IMG/VR virus record: IMGVR_UViG_3300017913_002143
Location: 10,909-74,908 of that record
From: a virus
Taxonomy: Duplodnaviria > Caudoviricetes
DNA: 64,000 bases
Reading direction: 5' to 3' (one strand)
Of the stretch, positions 26,014-36,863 are shown in pieces (the first letter of the stretch is position 1; every line of letters starts with the position of its first letter). The translations under genes were made by a program, and so were the position numbers. A model generated the notes under the pieces. That model was not told the DNA's origin, made no database searches, and saw only the letters and a program-made list of their open reading frames with translations.

Positions 26014-26499
26014 CTATTTTTTACGTTTTTTACGATATGGTTTTAGTGGTTTCAATGCTTTGAGTTTCTTCAGTATACCCATACTGTATAATGTTTCTTC
26101 TGTCCATACTTGAAACTCCCAACCACGATCACTTGCAAACTCATTAGCTGCTTCCCACTTATTCATATTCTTAACATATGTCATAGCTTCACCAATATAT
26201 CTTTTGGACTTATCTGGTCTCTTTGGTGGAGTTGTTTCTTTCTCTGGTTTGATTTCAACTAATATTGTTTTGTTATCTGTAAATGTAATCTTGAGATCCA
26301 CAAAGTATCTGTGCATCTTCTTATCTATTTCCCACAAGTATGGAACAACAATCTCTTCTGATGACCACTTCTTTACTTTGGGATTTTGATCACACCATAC
26401 AAAGCATGCCTTTTCCCACGACGAACGGTAAGTGATCTTATCAAGATCTCCTTCGTACTTTGAAATATTCTTAACTTTATATCTTCCAGAATAAGCCAT
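26014..26499 (-). CDS. gp4: head completion nuclease gp4
   Basis: AYSGRY...N..KY.GD, YRSSWE, WSSEE..VPY, RYFVD and EIKP motifs. Confidence 0.92.
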   Translation of the reverse strand: MAYSGRYKVKNISKYEGDLDKITYRSSWEKACFVWCDQNPKVKKWSSEEIVVPYLWEIDKKMHRYFVDLKITFTDNKTILVEIKPEKETTPPKRPDKSKRYIGEAMTYVKNMNKWEAANEFASDRGWEFQVWTEETLYSMGILKKLKALKPLKPYRKKRKK

Positions 26500-26507
26500 A
26501 AAAACTG

Positions 26508-26538
26508 TATAAATAGGTTTACATTACTTTTATTTATT
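26508..26538. promoter_or_regulatory. divergent late promoter pair for gp48 (+) and gp4 (-)
   Basis: TATAAATA + at 26508-15; AATAAATA - at 26531-38; both within the 50-nt intergenic gap. Confidence 0.7.
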
Positions 26539-26549
26539 AAGGATACAAC

Positions 26550-27851
26550 ATGGCCATAAACTTAGGTAGTAATAAAGGTGGATATAAAACTGGCCCTGGC
26601 GGAAGAATAATTCCAAATAGACCAGAAGGCAGTTCAGCTGATACAGCAATACCAAGTAGAGGTGGCGGTGTTAGTGGATATGATCCAGTTGGATTGGGAA
26701 TATCATCAAAGTATCGAGGTAAGGGTTCTCAACCACAATCAAGTCAACAAGGTGGTGAGTTACTAAGATTCCCTGTTGATAATATTCAAGCATATCCTGC
26801 ATACATTAAGTTTGAACCATATAAAGTAGATGCATACGAAATAGATGAAGAGAGTGCAATGGACATATTTGATGTTCCTCTACTAAAAGAATTTTATGAT
26901 ACTTACGCTGGTGATGGAGCTAAAAGTCAAGCTGATAAGCAAGTAGCTGCAGGATCATATGCCGATGCTATCACACAAGATGATGCTGAAGAAGAAGGAG
27001 CCCTGGCGGTTGAGGCCTTTCAGCAATCACGGCAAAATAAGCAGGAGAAGGCTTTACGTCAAAAGTTTGAAGCTGATCAAAGACAAAAAAAGGCTGCTGA
27101 GATAAATGCCCGTAGAGGTAGATTTAGAACTAACCTAGCTGCACAAAGTGCAGTTTCTACTGGATCAAATCTGATTACACTATACTTACCACAATCATTG
27201 ATTTATGCGGATAACGTTGCGTATAAAGATGTTAATCTTGGTACAAGTGGTTTAGCTGCATTAGGAGCACTTAATGCTGGTCAATCAATAGCTGGATCTA
27301 TTGGCCAAGGGTTGAAAGAAGGTCTTACAGATCTATTTGGTATATTTGGAGCTGGGTTGAATCAAGAAGGTGGTGAATTACTTGCTGCTAGATTAATTAA
27401 CAAACTACCTGGTTCTGGTGGAATACAAGGTGCAGCTAGTACTGCTTTACAGACAGGAATCAATCCTGGAACCAGAATTCTTTTTGATAGACCTAACCTT
27501 AGAGAATTTACATTTAACTTTAAATTGATCCCACGATCTCCTGGTGAGGCTGATCAGATACAAAAAATAGTTAGATCGTTTAGAGAAGAGATGTACCCAG
27601 AAGCTATTGATGTAGCTGGCGTTCCAATTGGATTTAAGTTTCCAAATGTATATTACATTTCTATGGGTATTGCTGGTGGAGACATTAAGCTACCTCAGAT
27701 TCAGTATGCTTATCTAAGAAATGTAACTTCAACATACAATCCTACAGCTGGAGTGTTTATGCAAGATGGTCATCCAAACGAAGTTGATCTATCTTTGACG
27801 TTCCAAGAATACAGACCACTTGTAAAACAAGATATTCAGGATGGATACTAA
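26550..27851 (+). CDS. gp48: baseplate tail-tube cap gp48
   Basis: LYLPQ, NP...LFDRPNLREFTFNFKLIPRS..EA..I..I..FR and L..V...YNP motifs. Confidence 0.85.
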   Translation: MAINLGSNKGGYKTGPGGRIIPNRPEGSSADTAIPSRGGGVSGYDPVGLGISSKYRGKGSQPQSSQQGGELLRFPVDNIQAYPAYIKFEPYKVDAYEIDEESAMDIFDVPLLKEFYDTYAGDGAKSQADKQVAAGSYADAITQDDAEEEGALAVEAFQQSRQNKQEKALRQKFEADQRQKKAAEINARRGRFRTNLAAQSAVSTGSNLITLYLPQSLIYADNVAYKDVNLGTSGLAALGALNAGQSIAGSIGQGLKEGLTDLFGIFGAGLNQEGGELLAARLINKLPGSGGIQGAASTALQTGINPGTRILFDRPNLREFTFNFKLIPRSPGEADQIQKIVRSFREEMYPEAIDVAGVPIGFKFPNVYYISMGIAGGDIKLPQIQYAYLRNVTSTYNPTAGVFMQDGHPNEVDLSLTFQEYRPLVKQDIQDGY

Positions 27852-27853
27852 GA

Positions 27854-28636
27854 ATGAAATACTTCGATAAGTTTAGAAAAGTAACATACTTCTATGGCGA
27901 TGAGTTTGCAACACCTGGTACATTAGGTGGAGCTGAGTTAAACTATACTCAAGATCTAACTCATTATGTTGATATGGTTGATCAACTAAGATATAATGCT
28001 GCGTTCTACAATAAGTATAATATTATTGAAAACGAACGACCAGATCAAGTATCATATAAACTATATGGTAGCCCAGCTTATCATTGGACATTCTATATGA
28101 TGAATGATAACTTACGTTCACATGGTTGGCCACTAACATTGAAACAAATGGATGAAAGAGTCAAGGCTGACTTCCCTCATCAGTTCTTACAATTCAGAGC
28201 AGACATTACAAACATATATCTTGCAGGTGATGTTATCATTGGTGACCAAACTGGAGCAAAGGCTACTATTCTTCGTAGGTTCCCCGATCTTGGAATTATC
28301 ATAGTTGATATGGCCACTACTACTAAGTTTAGAGCTCAAGAGAAGATTGAGATCTTACTACAAGCTCCTGGCCATACTGCATCAAATGTACCTGCAGGTG
28401 GTAAGATTGCTTGTGTTGCAGTAGGTGATGAATACAATGCAACTCATCATTGGGAAAACTCTGCTGGTGAGTATGTTGATATTGATCCTAGAGTTGGAGC
28501 AGCTGCAATCTATAATGAAGTTACAAATAGAGATAGGTATGAGAGAATTAATAATGATCTGAAACAAATAAAGGTTATACGACCAGAAAATATGTCAGTG
28601 GTAGCAAGCGCATTTAAGAAAGCTCTATTATCGTAA
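27854..28636 (+). CDS. gp53: baseplate wedge protein gp53
   Basis: MKYF..F, ERPDQVSYKLYG...YHW and WPL motifs (LysM-like). Confidence 0.85.
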   Translation: MKYFDKFRKVTYFYGDEFATPGTLGGAELNYTQDLTHYVDMVDQLRYNAAFYNKYNIIENERPDQVSYKLYGSPAYHWTFYMMNDNLRSHGWPLTLKQMDERVKADFPHQFLQFRADITNIYLAGDVIIGDQTGAKATILRRFPDLGIIIVDMATTTKFRAQEKIEILLQAPGHTASNVPAGGKIACVAVGDEYNATHHWENSAGEYVDIDPRVGAAAIYNEVTNRDRYERINNDLKQIKVIRPENMSVVASAFKKALLS

Positions 28637-29973
28637 TGTCAGAACCAACCAGTTTCTTTACAATTGAATCTGTAACTATTAATTCATCTCGTCAGGTTGA
28701 AGAGGTGAATATTACAGGACTTGTGTCTGATATTACAATATATGAAAATATGGATATGCCATTCCTGACTGGTGAGTTAGCATTCATTGATGATAAACGA
28801 TTACTCGAAAGACTTGATATTGTAGGTGGTGAGTTTATAACAATTACACTCACAACAAAACAAGGTGGTGAGCCATTAACTAAAAGGTTTTGTGTTGAGC
28901 GTTTAGATAATGCAACTAAAGTTAATGAAAGATCAGAAGCTATCATATTGACTTTGATAGAAGATATTGGTTTTATTTCAAACTTTAAGAATGTCAATCG
29001 AGGATATGATGGTAATCCAATCGACATCTTAAACAAAATATCAACTGATTACTTAGGAGTAGATACTTTATATCTACACGAAACAGTTCAGTTTCAAAGA
29101 GATATGAAGATGATTGTTCCTAACATGCATCCAATTGAAGCTATGATGTGGATCAAGAACAGATTGACTGATGATGCTGGATATCCAGCATATCTATTCT
29201 CGACATTACACCTTGAAGGTTTAAAGGTTGGCGTGTTATCAGATCTTATAGATCAAACACCACTGAATAAAAGACAGCCGTTTATATACGGGGCAAATGC
29301 AAGTGTGGGTAACGATATTCTAATTGATAAACAAAACTTCAATCCATTACCAATTGAAGACTATTCATATGACGACAAAGCAAAGATGTTTAACCTAATA
29401 CATGATGGTGTAGTAGGAGCTAAATATCAATTCTATGATGCTCTTACTGGACGTATTGATTATCACGACTTTAGTTTCTTAGATGATGTTGCAGCTAACT
29501 ATCTGGATCAAGCGAGACAGCCTACAATTCCTCAAGGTTTAGAGTTTGATGAAGTTAACATTGCAAATAGCACAAGTAGAGTGATTAGTAGGGTTACATC
29601 ATCTGGTGCATATAATAATGGAATGGAAAGTCGCAAGACAATAGATGAAGAAAATAATATAGCAAACTATAAAAAGAGACTTACAGCATATGCAATGAAG
29701 AAGCATTTGCAGGAAAGTGGGAATATTACAATCAGGGTTAAGGGATCTGGATTCTTATCACCAGGTGCACACAAGACTATTGGAAACGTATATCGTATTC
29801 TGTTCTTTGCAAACAGAGCTGTACAAGAAAATGAAATACCAATAGATAAAAAGAAGTCTGGTGACTATATGGTCCATTCAATCAAGCATGTGTTTGGTAA
29901 TGAGAGATATGATGTACATCTCACAGGTTGTAAGTTGCAGCACATGAAACAAGATGTGGTATCGGTAGAATGA
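28636..29973 (+). CDS. baseplate hub protein (gp27-like)
   Basis: IYE.MD.PFLTGEL.F.D start; C-terminal SGDY.V..IKHVF; position between gp53 and gp5. Confidence 0.7.
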   Translation: MSEPTSFFTIESVTINSSRQVEEVNITGLVSDITIYENMDMPFLTGELAFIDDKRLLERLDIVGGEFITITLTTKQGGEPLTKRFCVERLDNATKVNERSEAIILTLIEDIGFISNFKNVNRGYDGNPIDILNKISTDYLGVDTLYLHETVQFQRDMKMIVPNMHPIEAMMWIKNRLTDDAGYPAYLFSTLHLEGLKVGVLSDLIDQTPLNKRQPFIYGANASVGNDILIDKQNFNPLPIEDYSYDDKAKMFNLIHDGVVGAKYQFYDALTGRIDYHDFSFLDDVAANYLDQARQPTIPQGLEFDEVNIANSTSRVISRVTSSGAYNNGMESRKTIDEENNIANYKKRLTAYAMKKHLQESGNITIRVKGSGFLSPGAHKTIGNVYRILFFANRAVQENEIPIDKKKSGDYMVHSIKHVFGNERYDVHLTGCKLQHMKQDVVSVE

Positions 29974-30893
29974 TTCCAAGTAGCAATATAGAATTTTATG
30001 GTGACGAACAAAGATGGTTTATGGCCAGAGTCGTCAGTATTGATGATCCATTACAGATGGGTCGTGTACGTATTCGTATATTTGGTTTACATGATAATCC
30101 AGAGATCAGAGATGCTGATCTGCCTTGGGCTCAGGTTGTTGTTCCTATCACAGAAGGATCATCTTCTGGTATTGGTACCAACATTGGTATCAAAGAACAA
30201 GCTCAAGTGTATGGAATATTCTTTGATGGTAAGAACTCACAACTTCCATTAGTAATTGGTTCTATTACTAAGTTAGAAGACACTATTGAAAAAACTTCTG
30301 ATGATCCACGTGGTACACATCAGATACCAACACCAGGTGTTGATGTTAACATAAGACCACCAGAAGAAGTTGATGAAGAGTTTCTTACTGGTGATACAAA
30401 TATTGAAAGAGCATACAACTTTTTAATTACAAGAGAAGGTGGTAATCTGACTAGTGCACAAGCTGCTGGTGTTATTGGTAACTTCTGTGTTGAGTCTGGT
30501 GCAAATCAAAATGGCGGAGACATCAATCCAATAGCGCAAGCACCTAATGAAGGTTCGTTTGGTATTGCTCAATGGAATCCAGCAACAGCTAGGTTCCAAG
30601 GTCTAAAAGATATGTCAGCCAGACTGAACATATCATACACTAGTTTGTATGCACAATTGTTGTGGACCCGTACTGAGTTGATAACACATTCATATCTTGG
30701 GTATGGTGAATTGAAACAAGCTAGAGATCCAGAAGAAGCAGCTTTGGTCTTTATGAGAAAGTATGAAAGACCTGGATATGAAGTACAAAGTGATAGTAGT
30801 AGAATAAAAGGTAGTGACGGTAAAGATCGCCGTCTTGGACAAGATGAAAGAATAGCTTTTGCTGAAGAAATATACTCAGCAATGAACACGTAG
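29970..30893 (+). CDS. gp5: gp5 N-terminal OB-fold fused to a phage tail lysozyme domain
   Basis: V....DP..MGRVRIRIFGLH, LPWAQV, VYGIFFDG...QLP; then AAGVIGN..VESG, GIAQW and F...YERP. Confidence 0.85.
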   Translation: MIPSSNIEFYGDEQRWFMARVVSIDDPLQMGRVRIRIFGLHDNPEIRDADLPWAQVVVPITEGSSSGIGTNIGIKEQAQVYGIFFDGKNSQLPLVIGSITKLEDTIEKTSDDPRGTHQIPTPGVDVNIRPPEEVDEEFLTGDTNIERAYNFLITREGGNLTSAQAAGVIGNFCVESGANQNGGDINPIAQAPNEGSFGIAQWNPATARFQGLKDMSARLNISYTSLYAQLLWTRTELITHSYLGYGELKQARDPEEAALVFMRKYERPGYEVQSDSSRIKGSDGKDRRLGQDERIAFAEEIYSAMNT

Positions 30894-30899
30894 GTTAGT

Positions 30900-32594
30900 A
30901 TGGTAGATTTTCCTAATGATACAAAAGCTGGTAAGTTAGAAGTTAGACGTGAGAGCAGCCGAGTACGTAATGCACTCAATGCTTCACCCGTAGAGTTTCA
31001 AGCACTAGTCTCACAAGCAAAACAATTATCAAATAAGTTATCTGATGGTGGTTTTGATAAAATTGCTGGTCCTCTAAAGACAGTTGGTGAACGTGTTGGA
31101 TCTGGTGTACAGGAACAAATTAAGAATACAAAAGAATCTTCTAAGAATTTTGGTAAGAGAATGAGGCAAACCCCAGCATTTGCACAAATGAAAGATCTGG
31201 CAGAAAACTATGCTAGCGTTTATGGTCCAGCAATTATTTCAAGTCCAAGTTCAAAAAGCAATGTTGATACTCTTGCTGGTTCAACTACACAATCGTCAGT
31301 AAACTTGAGAAAGGTCACAAGTGACAATAGTCCAGAAGCTATAACTTCAACACTAGAGGGTATTAGTGTTCCAGCTAATACTGTGCGTCAAGAAGTCAAT
31401 AAAGTGCAGGTTGCTAATCAAGATCAGCCAGTATTGAAAGAAGGACTGAAGCAGTTTCCAGATAATGTTAAGACACAGGCTTCCACAGAATTAACAAAGG
31501 ATGCTCCCAAAGAAGCAAAAACTGATCTGTCAGTTGGTATTGTTGATAAGTTATCAGAGTATTCAGGTAACATAAACAAACAACTTGGCAATCCTTTTGG
31601 GTCAGGTAATTCAAAGTTTGGTCAAATAGGAATGGACTTTGGAAATATATTAGGTAGTGTTGTTGGGTCTGTTATGGGACAAGGACCATTTCAAGCTGTT
31701 GGCCAAGTACTCAATCTTACAGCAGATGGTATTGATCCTAAAACATTTTTGCCAGCTCCTCCTATTGTGAACAGTTTTGGTGATACGCAGTTAAACAAAA
31801 CAGTTAGAAGTCAACAACTAACTGCTGTTGAGCAACCAACACTTCCAGCAATGGATTTGACAAAAATGCCAGAGCCACAAAACATCGATGACTTTGAATA
31901 TAAAATAATCTTTGATAAGAAATCACTTGAGCTATTACTACAATCAATAACATCACGAACTATTGATAGTATAATTTTTGGCTGGACTAAAAACTTTTCT
32001 GACGAAAATGAAACACCAGCTGTTTATAATAAGTATAAAGTGTATAGAAAAAATACATATAAGGCAACAGCTTCTGGAAAGATTACAGACTTAGTTAGTC
32101 AAACTCATATCTATGTAATGAAGAATGGTCGGCCAATAATAATTCTACCGTTTCAAACTATTCCAAGAAGTGTTGTAAATGCTAAGGCATATCGTGATGC
32201 TAATCAGTCAGAACAATTATCAAAGCAAGATCTATATGATCGCTCAATAGTTGTAAGATTAGATGCTGGATTCAAAGAACCCAAAATAGATATTGGTGAA
32301 AAAATTCTTGCGTTTGAAGAAGACAAAAAGACTGAGTTTGATTTGAAGAGTGACCAAAATGCACGTGATATGCTTAATGGATTACTATCATCAGATTCAA
32401 TAACTGCACAACAATGGAAAACTGTAGACATGATTGTGGAAATAGTTACAAGATTGAATCCTGGTGGTACAATCATCAGCGCTGGTGATTTACATGAGGA
32501 CATTGCTGCTGCAAACTCAGGATTCAATAAGTTTGTATATGACACTCTTGGTCTTCGTTTTGATATGGAAGACTATGCGGAGAAATTCAGATAA
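30900..32594 (+). CDS. baseplate-associated protein with degenerate amidase_2/PGRP-like C-terminal domain
   Basis: IIFGWT, THIYVMKNG, SIVV, T.QQW.T and PGG.IISAGD align by eye with the amidase pattern but lack the Zn-binding His residues. Confidence 0.5.
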   Translation: MVDFPNDTKAGKLEVRRESSRVRNALNASPVEFQALVSQAKQLSNKLSDGGFDKIAGPLKTVGERVGSGVQEQIKNTKESSKNFGKRMRQTPAFAQMKDLAENYASVYGPAIISSPSSKSNVDTLAGSTTQSSVNLRKVTSDNSPEAITSTLEGISVPANTVRQEVNKVQVANQDQPVLKEGLKQFPDNVKTQASTELTKDAPKEAKTDLSVGIVDKLSEYSGNINKQLGNPFGSGNSKFGQIGMDFGNILGSVVGSVMGQGPFQAVGQVLNLTADGIDPKTFLPAPPIVNSFGDTQLNKTVRSQQLTAVEQPTLPAMDLTKMPEPQNIDDFEYKIIFDKKSLELLLQSITSRTIDSIIFGWTKNFSDENETPAVYNKYKVYRKNTYKATASGKITDLVSQTHIYVMKNGRPIIILPFQTIPRSVVNAKAYRDANQSEQLSKQDLYDRSIVVRLDAGFKEPKIDIGEKILAFEEDKKTEFDLKSDQNARDMLNGLLSSDSITAQQWKTVDMIVEIVTRLNPGGTIISAGDLHEDIAAANSGFNKFVYDTLGLRFDMEDYAEKFR

Positions 32595-34546
32595 TGCCCG
32601 ATAATGTGTATAAAGATAAAACTGGAGTCTATCCAAAGAGAGAGTATAATAATGCTCCTACCACAAACCTTGAAGCAAGAGGGATCGAAGAGAACCATCT
32701 TGCTATAGGTGGTGGAGATGTTGATCTTGATCTTGAATTAAAACCATTACCATCTTCACAATATCCACTAAACCAAGTTCGTCGTAGTGTAACAGGTCAT
32801 GTTACAGAGATTGATGATACACCTGGTCGCGAACGTATGTTGTTTAAACATAGGACAGGTGCTGGCGTTGAGATGAGACCAGATGGTACGGTAATCATTA
32901 ACTCAACTAACAATCAAATAACAATTGCTGGAGGTGATCAGAAAGTTATCATTGAAGGTAATGGTCAGATGGTTTATCATGGTAATCTCAATATGAGAGT
33001 TGATGGTGACTTTGATTTAGATGTTGGTGGTAACATGAATGTTACTGTTGGTCAAACATATGAAGAAGATATTAAAGGTGGATTCAGACAAGATGTAAAC
33101 GGACCACACGCATCATATATCAATGGCAATGTTACAAGTTTTATTACTAAAAATCAAAACAACATGATTATAGGTGATCAGAATAATCAAATTAAAGGTG
33201 ATGTTGATACAAATATTGAAGGTGTTCATGATCATGGTGTGAAAGGTCAAATGCATGTATCATCAGAAACAAGAATAAACAACACGTCGCCTGACATTAA
33301 TATTGCTGGAGATAATATAACCGTTATTGGTGATGATGGAACCTTTGGTGGCCAGAATATTGTTTACTATGGACACACAGCTCATGTCCCAAGAGTTAAC
33401 TCAACATCTATGCATGCCACAACATTCCATGGGACATTAGACGGTAAGGCAACATTTGCTGGTGCAGCAGATCAAGCAGGTCGTGCAGGAACAGCAGGCG
33501 CAATTGGTGCAGGCGGTTCTGGTGGTGGTACACAAACAATTGTATCTGCTACAAACAAAACAACTGTACAACCAACAAGTGCGTTGATGACTGGAAGCTG
33601 GTTTGTTGGATCGTATGGTATATTCAAAGTAGCTATTGATGCTGGTAGTGCAATCTATAATAAACTAAACAGACTATTTGATTATAATAATATATCAGAC
33701 AGACAGTTGACAACAAGAGAAGTTAGATCTAAACTGAGAGATCCAGAAACTCAGAAGAATGAAAAGTTTGTTGGATCATGTATTGCTGATGGTATCTTGA
33801 GCTCAACATACACCACATCTGTAGCAACAACAATAGGTGATATTGTTGGTAAAGATGCTACTCCGAGAACACCTAATCCTAATGAAGTGTTTGGAATACA
33901 ACCTGGTGCTGAGCAGCAGAGATATAAGGCTACTATACAAAATGTTCCACACACATTACGTCCAGCTGATAAGTTTAACCCTGTACTTGCAGAATACATT
34001 GACCGTGATACCAAATTGTCTCGCGGTATTACTATTGCAAAGTTCTTAGGTAGTTATGGTGATCAAAGTAACTTTGATGATGTTGAAACAGCAGATAGAA
34101 TCGATATTGCTAAACATCTCTATCTACAGACACCACTAATCAAATCTGTAATGAATGATGTTGGTGAGTTTGCAGAATACAGACTTGTTGTTGCAGAAGG
34201 CTTCTACACAAAAGGTGCTAATGAAACAATCACACCTGGTAGCCTAAACGATCTTGCAACAAAAGGTAGAGTTTGTGTTTATGAGCTTTATGATAGAGAA
34301 GGTAAGCAAGCAAAGAAAGCAACATTTAGATTAGCTGCATGGTGGAAAGATAGTCAACGGTTTGATAAAATGATACTGGATTATGACTCATATAATCCAA
34401 ATGGTGTGATGAATGTACAAATTATTGTTGTGATGCCAGAACTGGATGAAGGTACGTACACAGCTTCTTATAATAATACTATTGAAACCAGGTTGAACAA
34501 TTACGTTCAAAGTACAAATGAGCTTGTAGAGATACTTGAAATCTAG
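32594..34546 (+). CDS. gp5 C-terminal beta-helix spike protein with additional C-terminal domain
   Basis: GHVTEIDDTPG.ER...HRTG...E.RPDG followed by Val/Gly-rich 8-residue-type repeats. Confidence 0.8.
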   Translation: MPDNVYKDKTGVYPKREYNNAPTTNLEARGIEENHLAIGGGDVDLDLELKPLPSSQYPLNQVRRSVTGHVTEIDDTPGRERMLFKHRTGAGVEMRPDGTVIINSTNNQITIAGGDQKVIIEGNGQMVYHGNLNMRVDGDFDLDVGGNMNVTVGQTYEEDIKGGFRQDVNGPHASYINGNVTSFITKNQNNMIIGDQNNQIKGDVDTNIEGVHDHGVKGQMHVSSETRINNTSPDINIAGDNITVIGDDGTFGGQNIVYYGHTAHVPRVNSTSMHATTFHGTLDGKATFAGAADQAGRAGTAGAIGAGGSGGGTQTIVSATNKTTVQPTSALMTGSWFVGSYGIFKVAIDAGSAIYNKLNRLFDYNNISDRQLTTREVRSKLRDPETQKNEKFVGSCIADGILSSTYTTSVATTIGDIVGKDATPRTPNPNEVFGIQPGAEQQRYKATIQNVPHTLRPADKFNPVLAEYIDRDTKLSRGITIAKFLGSYGDQSNFDDVETADRIDIAKHLYLQTPLIKSVMNDVGEFAEYRLVVAEGFYTKGANETITPGSLNDLATKGRVCVYELYDREGKQAKKATFRLAAWWKDSQRFDKMILDYDSYNPNGVMNVQIIVVMPELDEGTYTASYNNTIETRLNNYVQSTNELVEILEI

Positions 34547-34554
34547 TATAAATA
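34547..34554 (+). promoter_or_regulatory. late promoter before gp25
   Basis: Intergenic TATAAATA. Confidence 0.75.
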
Positions 34555-34572
34555 GTACAAATTAAAGGGAAG

Positions 34573-35019
34573 ATGATGGCTAAAAGAGCATTTGCACTAG
34601 AAGATGGAAACATAGCAAGTAAGCCTATTACCTCAACACAAAAGGTAATATATTCAGACATAGACTTGACATTTACTCCAAAACCTTCTGGTGATGTATT
34701 TAAGAAGTTAGAAGCCTCTGCAGTTAAACAAGCTGTAAAGAATATTCTAATGACCAACTTCCTGGAGAAACCATTCAATACCACATTTGGTGGTAACCTA
34801 AACAGTTTCTTATTTCAACTCGATACAGAAGTTGAAATTGAAATATTAAGAGATAGAATATTTGAGACCGTAGAACGATACGAACCAAGAGCAACTGTTG
34901 AAGATGTTGTCATTGGAGTACAGTCAGATAGAAACTCTGTATCTGTATCAGTTACATTTAGAGTAAACAATTCTATTGAACCAGTAACATTAGAACTCGA
35001 TCTTATGAGGACAAGATAA
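34573..35019 (+). CDS. gp25: baseplate wedge protein gp25
   Basis: YSDIDLTF, AVKQAVKNILMTN..EKPF...FG and YEPRA motifs. Confidence 0.93.
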   Translation: MMAKRAFALEDGNIASKPITSTQKVIYSDIDLTFTPKPSGDVFKKLEASAVKQAVKNILMTNFLEKPFNTTFGGNLNSFLFQLDTEVEIEILRDRIFETVERYEPRATVEDVVIGVQSDRNSVSVSVTFRVNNSIEPVTLELDLMRTR

Positions 35020-36863
35020 TGGCAACAACCATAAAGTCAGCCGATCTAGATTTTGATACCATTAAGTCGAGATTGAAGGACTACTTTCAATCTCAAACAG
35101 AATTCAACTCATATGATTTTGAGGCTTCTGGTTTATCAAACGTACTTGATGTATTGGCATACAATACACACATCAATGCGTTAACAGCAAACATGGCATT
35201 GAATGAATCTTTCTTGCCAACATCACAGCTGCGTAGTTCCGTTCTATCACATGCTGCATTGCTTGGATATGAAACTCGTTCACGTACAGCATCAAAGGCT
35301 CTAGTTAATCTTTCTTTGAACTTGACTGGTGTAGCTAATCGTCCAGTAACAATTAGACTTGCAAAAGGCACAACATTTTCATCTAATGTAGATGGAACAT
35401 CATTTACCTTTAGAACGAGAGAAGCATATAGTGCAACAGATAATGGTACTGGAACATATGATTTCAAGACGTCAGATGGTTCTGCTGACATTCCAATTTA
35501 TGAAGGTATTGAGAAAACAAAGACATTCTTAGTTGGACCAAAAGATGAAAGACAGATCTATGTGATTCCAGATGAGACACTTGACAAGTATTCTATTGAT
35601 GTGAGAGTATTCAAAGATATATCATCATCTTTATTTGAAGACTATTTGCCTTTACGTCTTGCATCATCTATTACATCTAAATCAAAACTATATTCCGTAG
35701 CTGAAGTTCCAAATGGTTATTATGAGTTGAACTTTGGTGATGGTGCATCATTTGGTAAGTCACCAGAACCTGGAGAAAAGGTACAAGTAACTTATACCTC
35801 AACAAAAGGACCTATTGCAAATGGTGGTAGTGTGTTTCTTGCAAACAATACTGTAACTGTTGGTAGTATTGCATACGTGTTGAGTGTTACAACAGCTGCT
35901 GAATCAAGTGGTGGTGGTGAGAAACAATCGATCGATTCGATTAAACAACTTGCTCCTATTGCTTATGCTTCACAGAATAGGCTTGTGACATCATTAGATT
36001 ATAAAGGTACAATTGAAACAAACTTCTCGACGGTAGAACAAGCTGCTGTTTGGTCTGGTGATGAGAATGTTCCAATTGATTATGGTGCTGTCTATATTTC
36101 ACTTGACTTCAAAAACAATACTCCTACAGCTACACAGCAAGCTGTCAAGGACGCTATTAGTAACACATATGTAGATCAACTTGGCACAATGTCTATGACA
36201 CCCAAGTTTATTGATCCAGAAAATATATATCTTGAGCTCACAACATTGTTCAGGTTTGATCCATCAAGAACTGGTACAAGTGCTACTACTATGGAAAGTT
36301 CTGTTAAGTCATACATCTCAACATACTTTGCTGATAATCTTGATACGTTTGGAAAAGTGTTCAGACGTAGTAACCTACTTACAGAAATTGATGCTTTTGA
36401 TCAATCTATTCTATCTTCTCGTATGGATGATATTAAAGTTCAAATGAGAAGGCCTATAGATGTAACTGCTAACAATACTTTTGAAGTTCAGTTCCCATGT
36501 GAAATTGAAGAACCAGATGATGTATATTATCGTGTTACAACAAATGAATTTACATATCAAGGTACGGTATGTCGAATTAAGAATAGATTGAAGTCAAATC
36601 AATTAGCTATTGTTGATCTAAATGATAATATTCTACTTGATAATGTTGGTAACTATGATAGGCTAAAAGGTATAGTGAACATCATTGGATTTAGACCTGT
36701 TACTATGTTATACGGTACAAACGATCTGAAGATTTCAGTTGTACCAAGAAACCCAGCAACAATATATCCTCTAAGAAACTATATCCTTAATCTTGAAAAA
36801 GACAGATCAACCGTTACGGCTGTAACAGATAGACAGGCTGGCACACTTAGAGTTCAAAACTAA
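35019..36863 (+). CDS. gp6: baseplate wedge protein gp6
   Basis: LDFD.IK..LK.Y, YDFEASGLS..LDVLAYNTH, FGDG and AP..Y..QNR.VT..DY motifs. Confidence 0.95.
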   Translation: MATTIKSADLDFDTIKSRLKDYFQSQTEFNSYDFEASGLSNVLDVLAYNTHINALTANMALNESFLPTSQLRSSVLSHAALLGYETRSRTASKALVNLSLNLTGVANRPVTIRLAKGTTFSSNVDGTSFTFRTREAYSATDNGTGTYDFKTSDGSADIPIYEGIEKTKTFLVGPKDERQIYVIPDETLDKYSIDVRVFKDISSSLFEDYLPLRLASSITSKSKLYSVAEVPNGYYELNFGDGASFGKSPEPGEKVQVTYTSTKGPIANGGSVFLANNTVTVGSIAYVLSVTTAAESSGGGEKQSIDSIKQLAPIAYASQNRLVTSLDYKGTIETNFSTVEQAAVWSGDENVPIDYGAVYISLDFKNNTPTATQQAVKDAISNTYVDQLGTMSMTPKFIDPENIYLELTTLFRFDPSRTGTSATTMESSVKSYISTYFADNLDTFGKVFRRSNLLTEIDAFDQSILSSRMDDIKVQMRRPIDVTANNTFEVQFPCEIEEPDDVYYRVTTNEFTYQGTVCRIKNRLKSNQLAIVDLNDNILLDNVGNYDRLKGIVNIIGFRPVTMLYGTNDLKISVVPRNPATIYPLRNYILNLEKDRSTVTAVTDRQAGTLRVQN

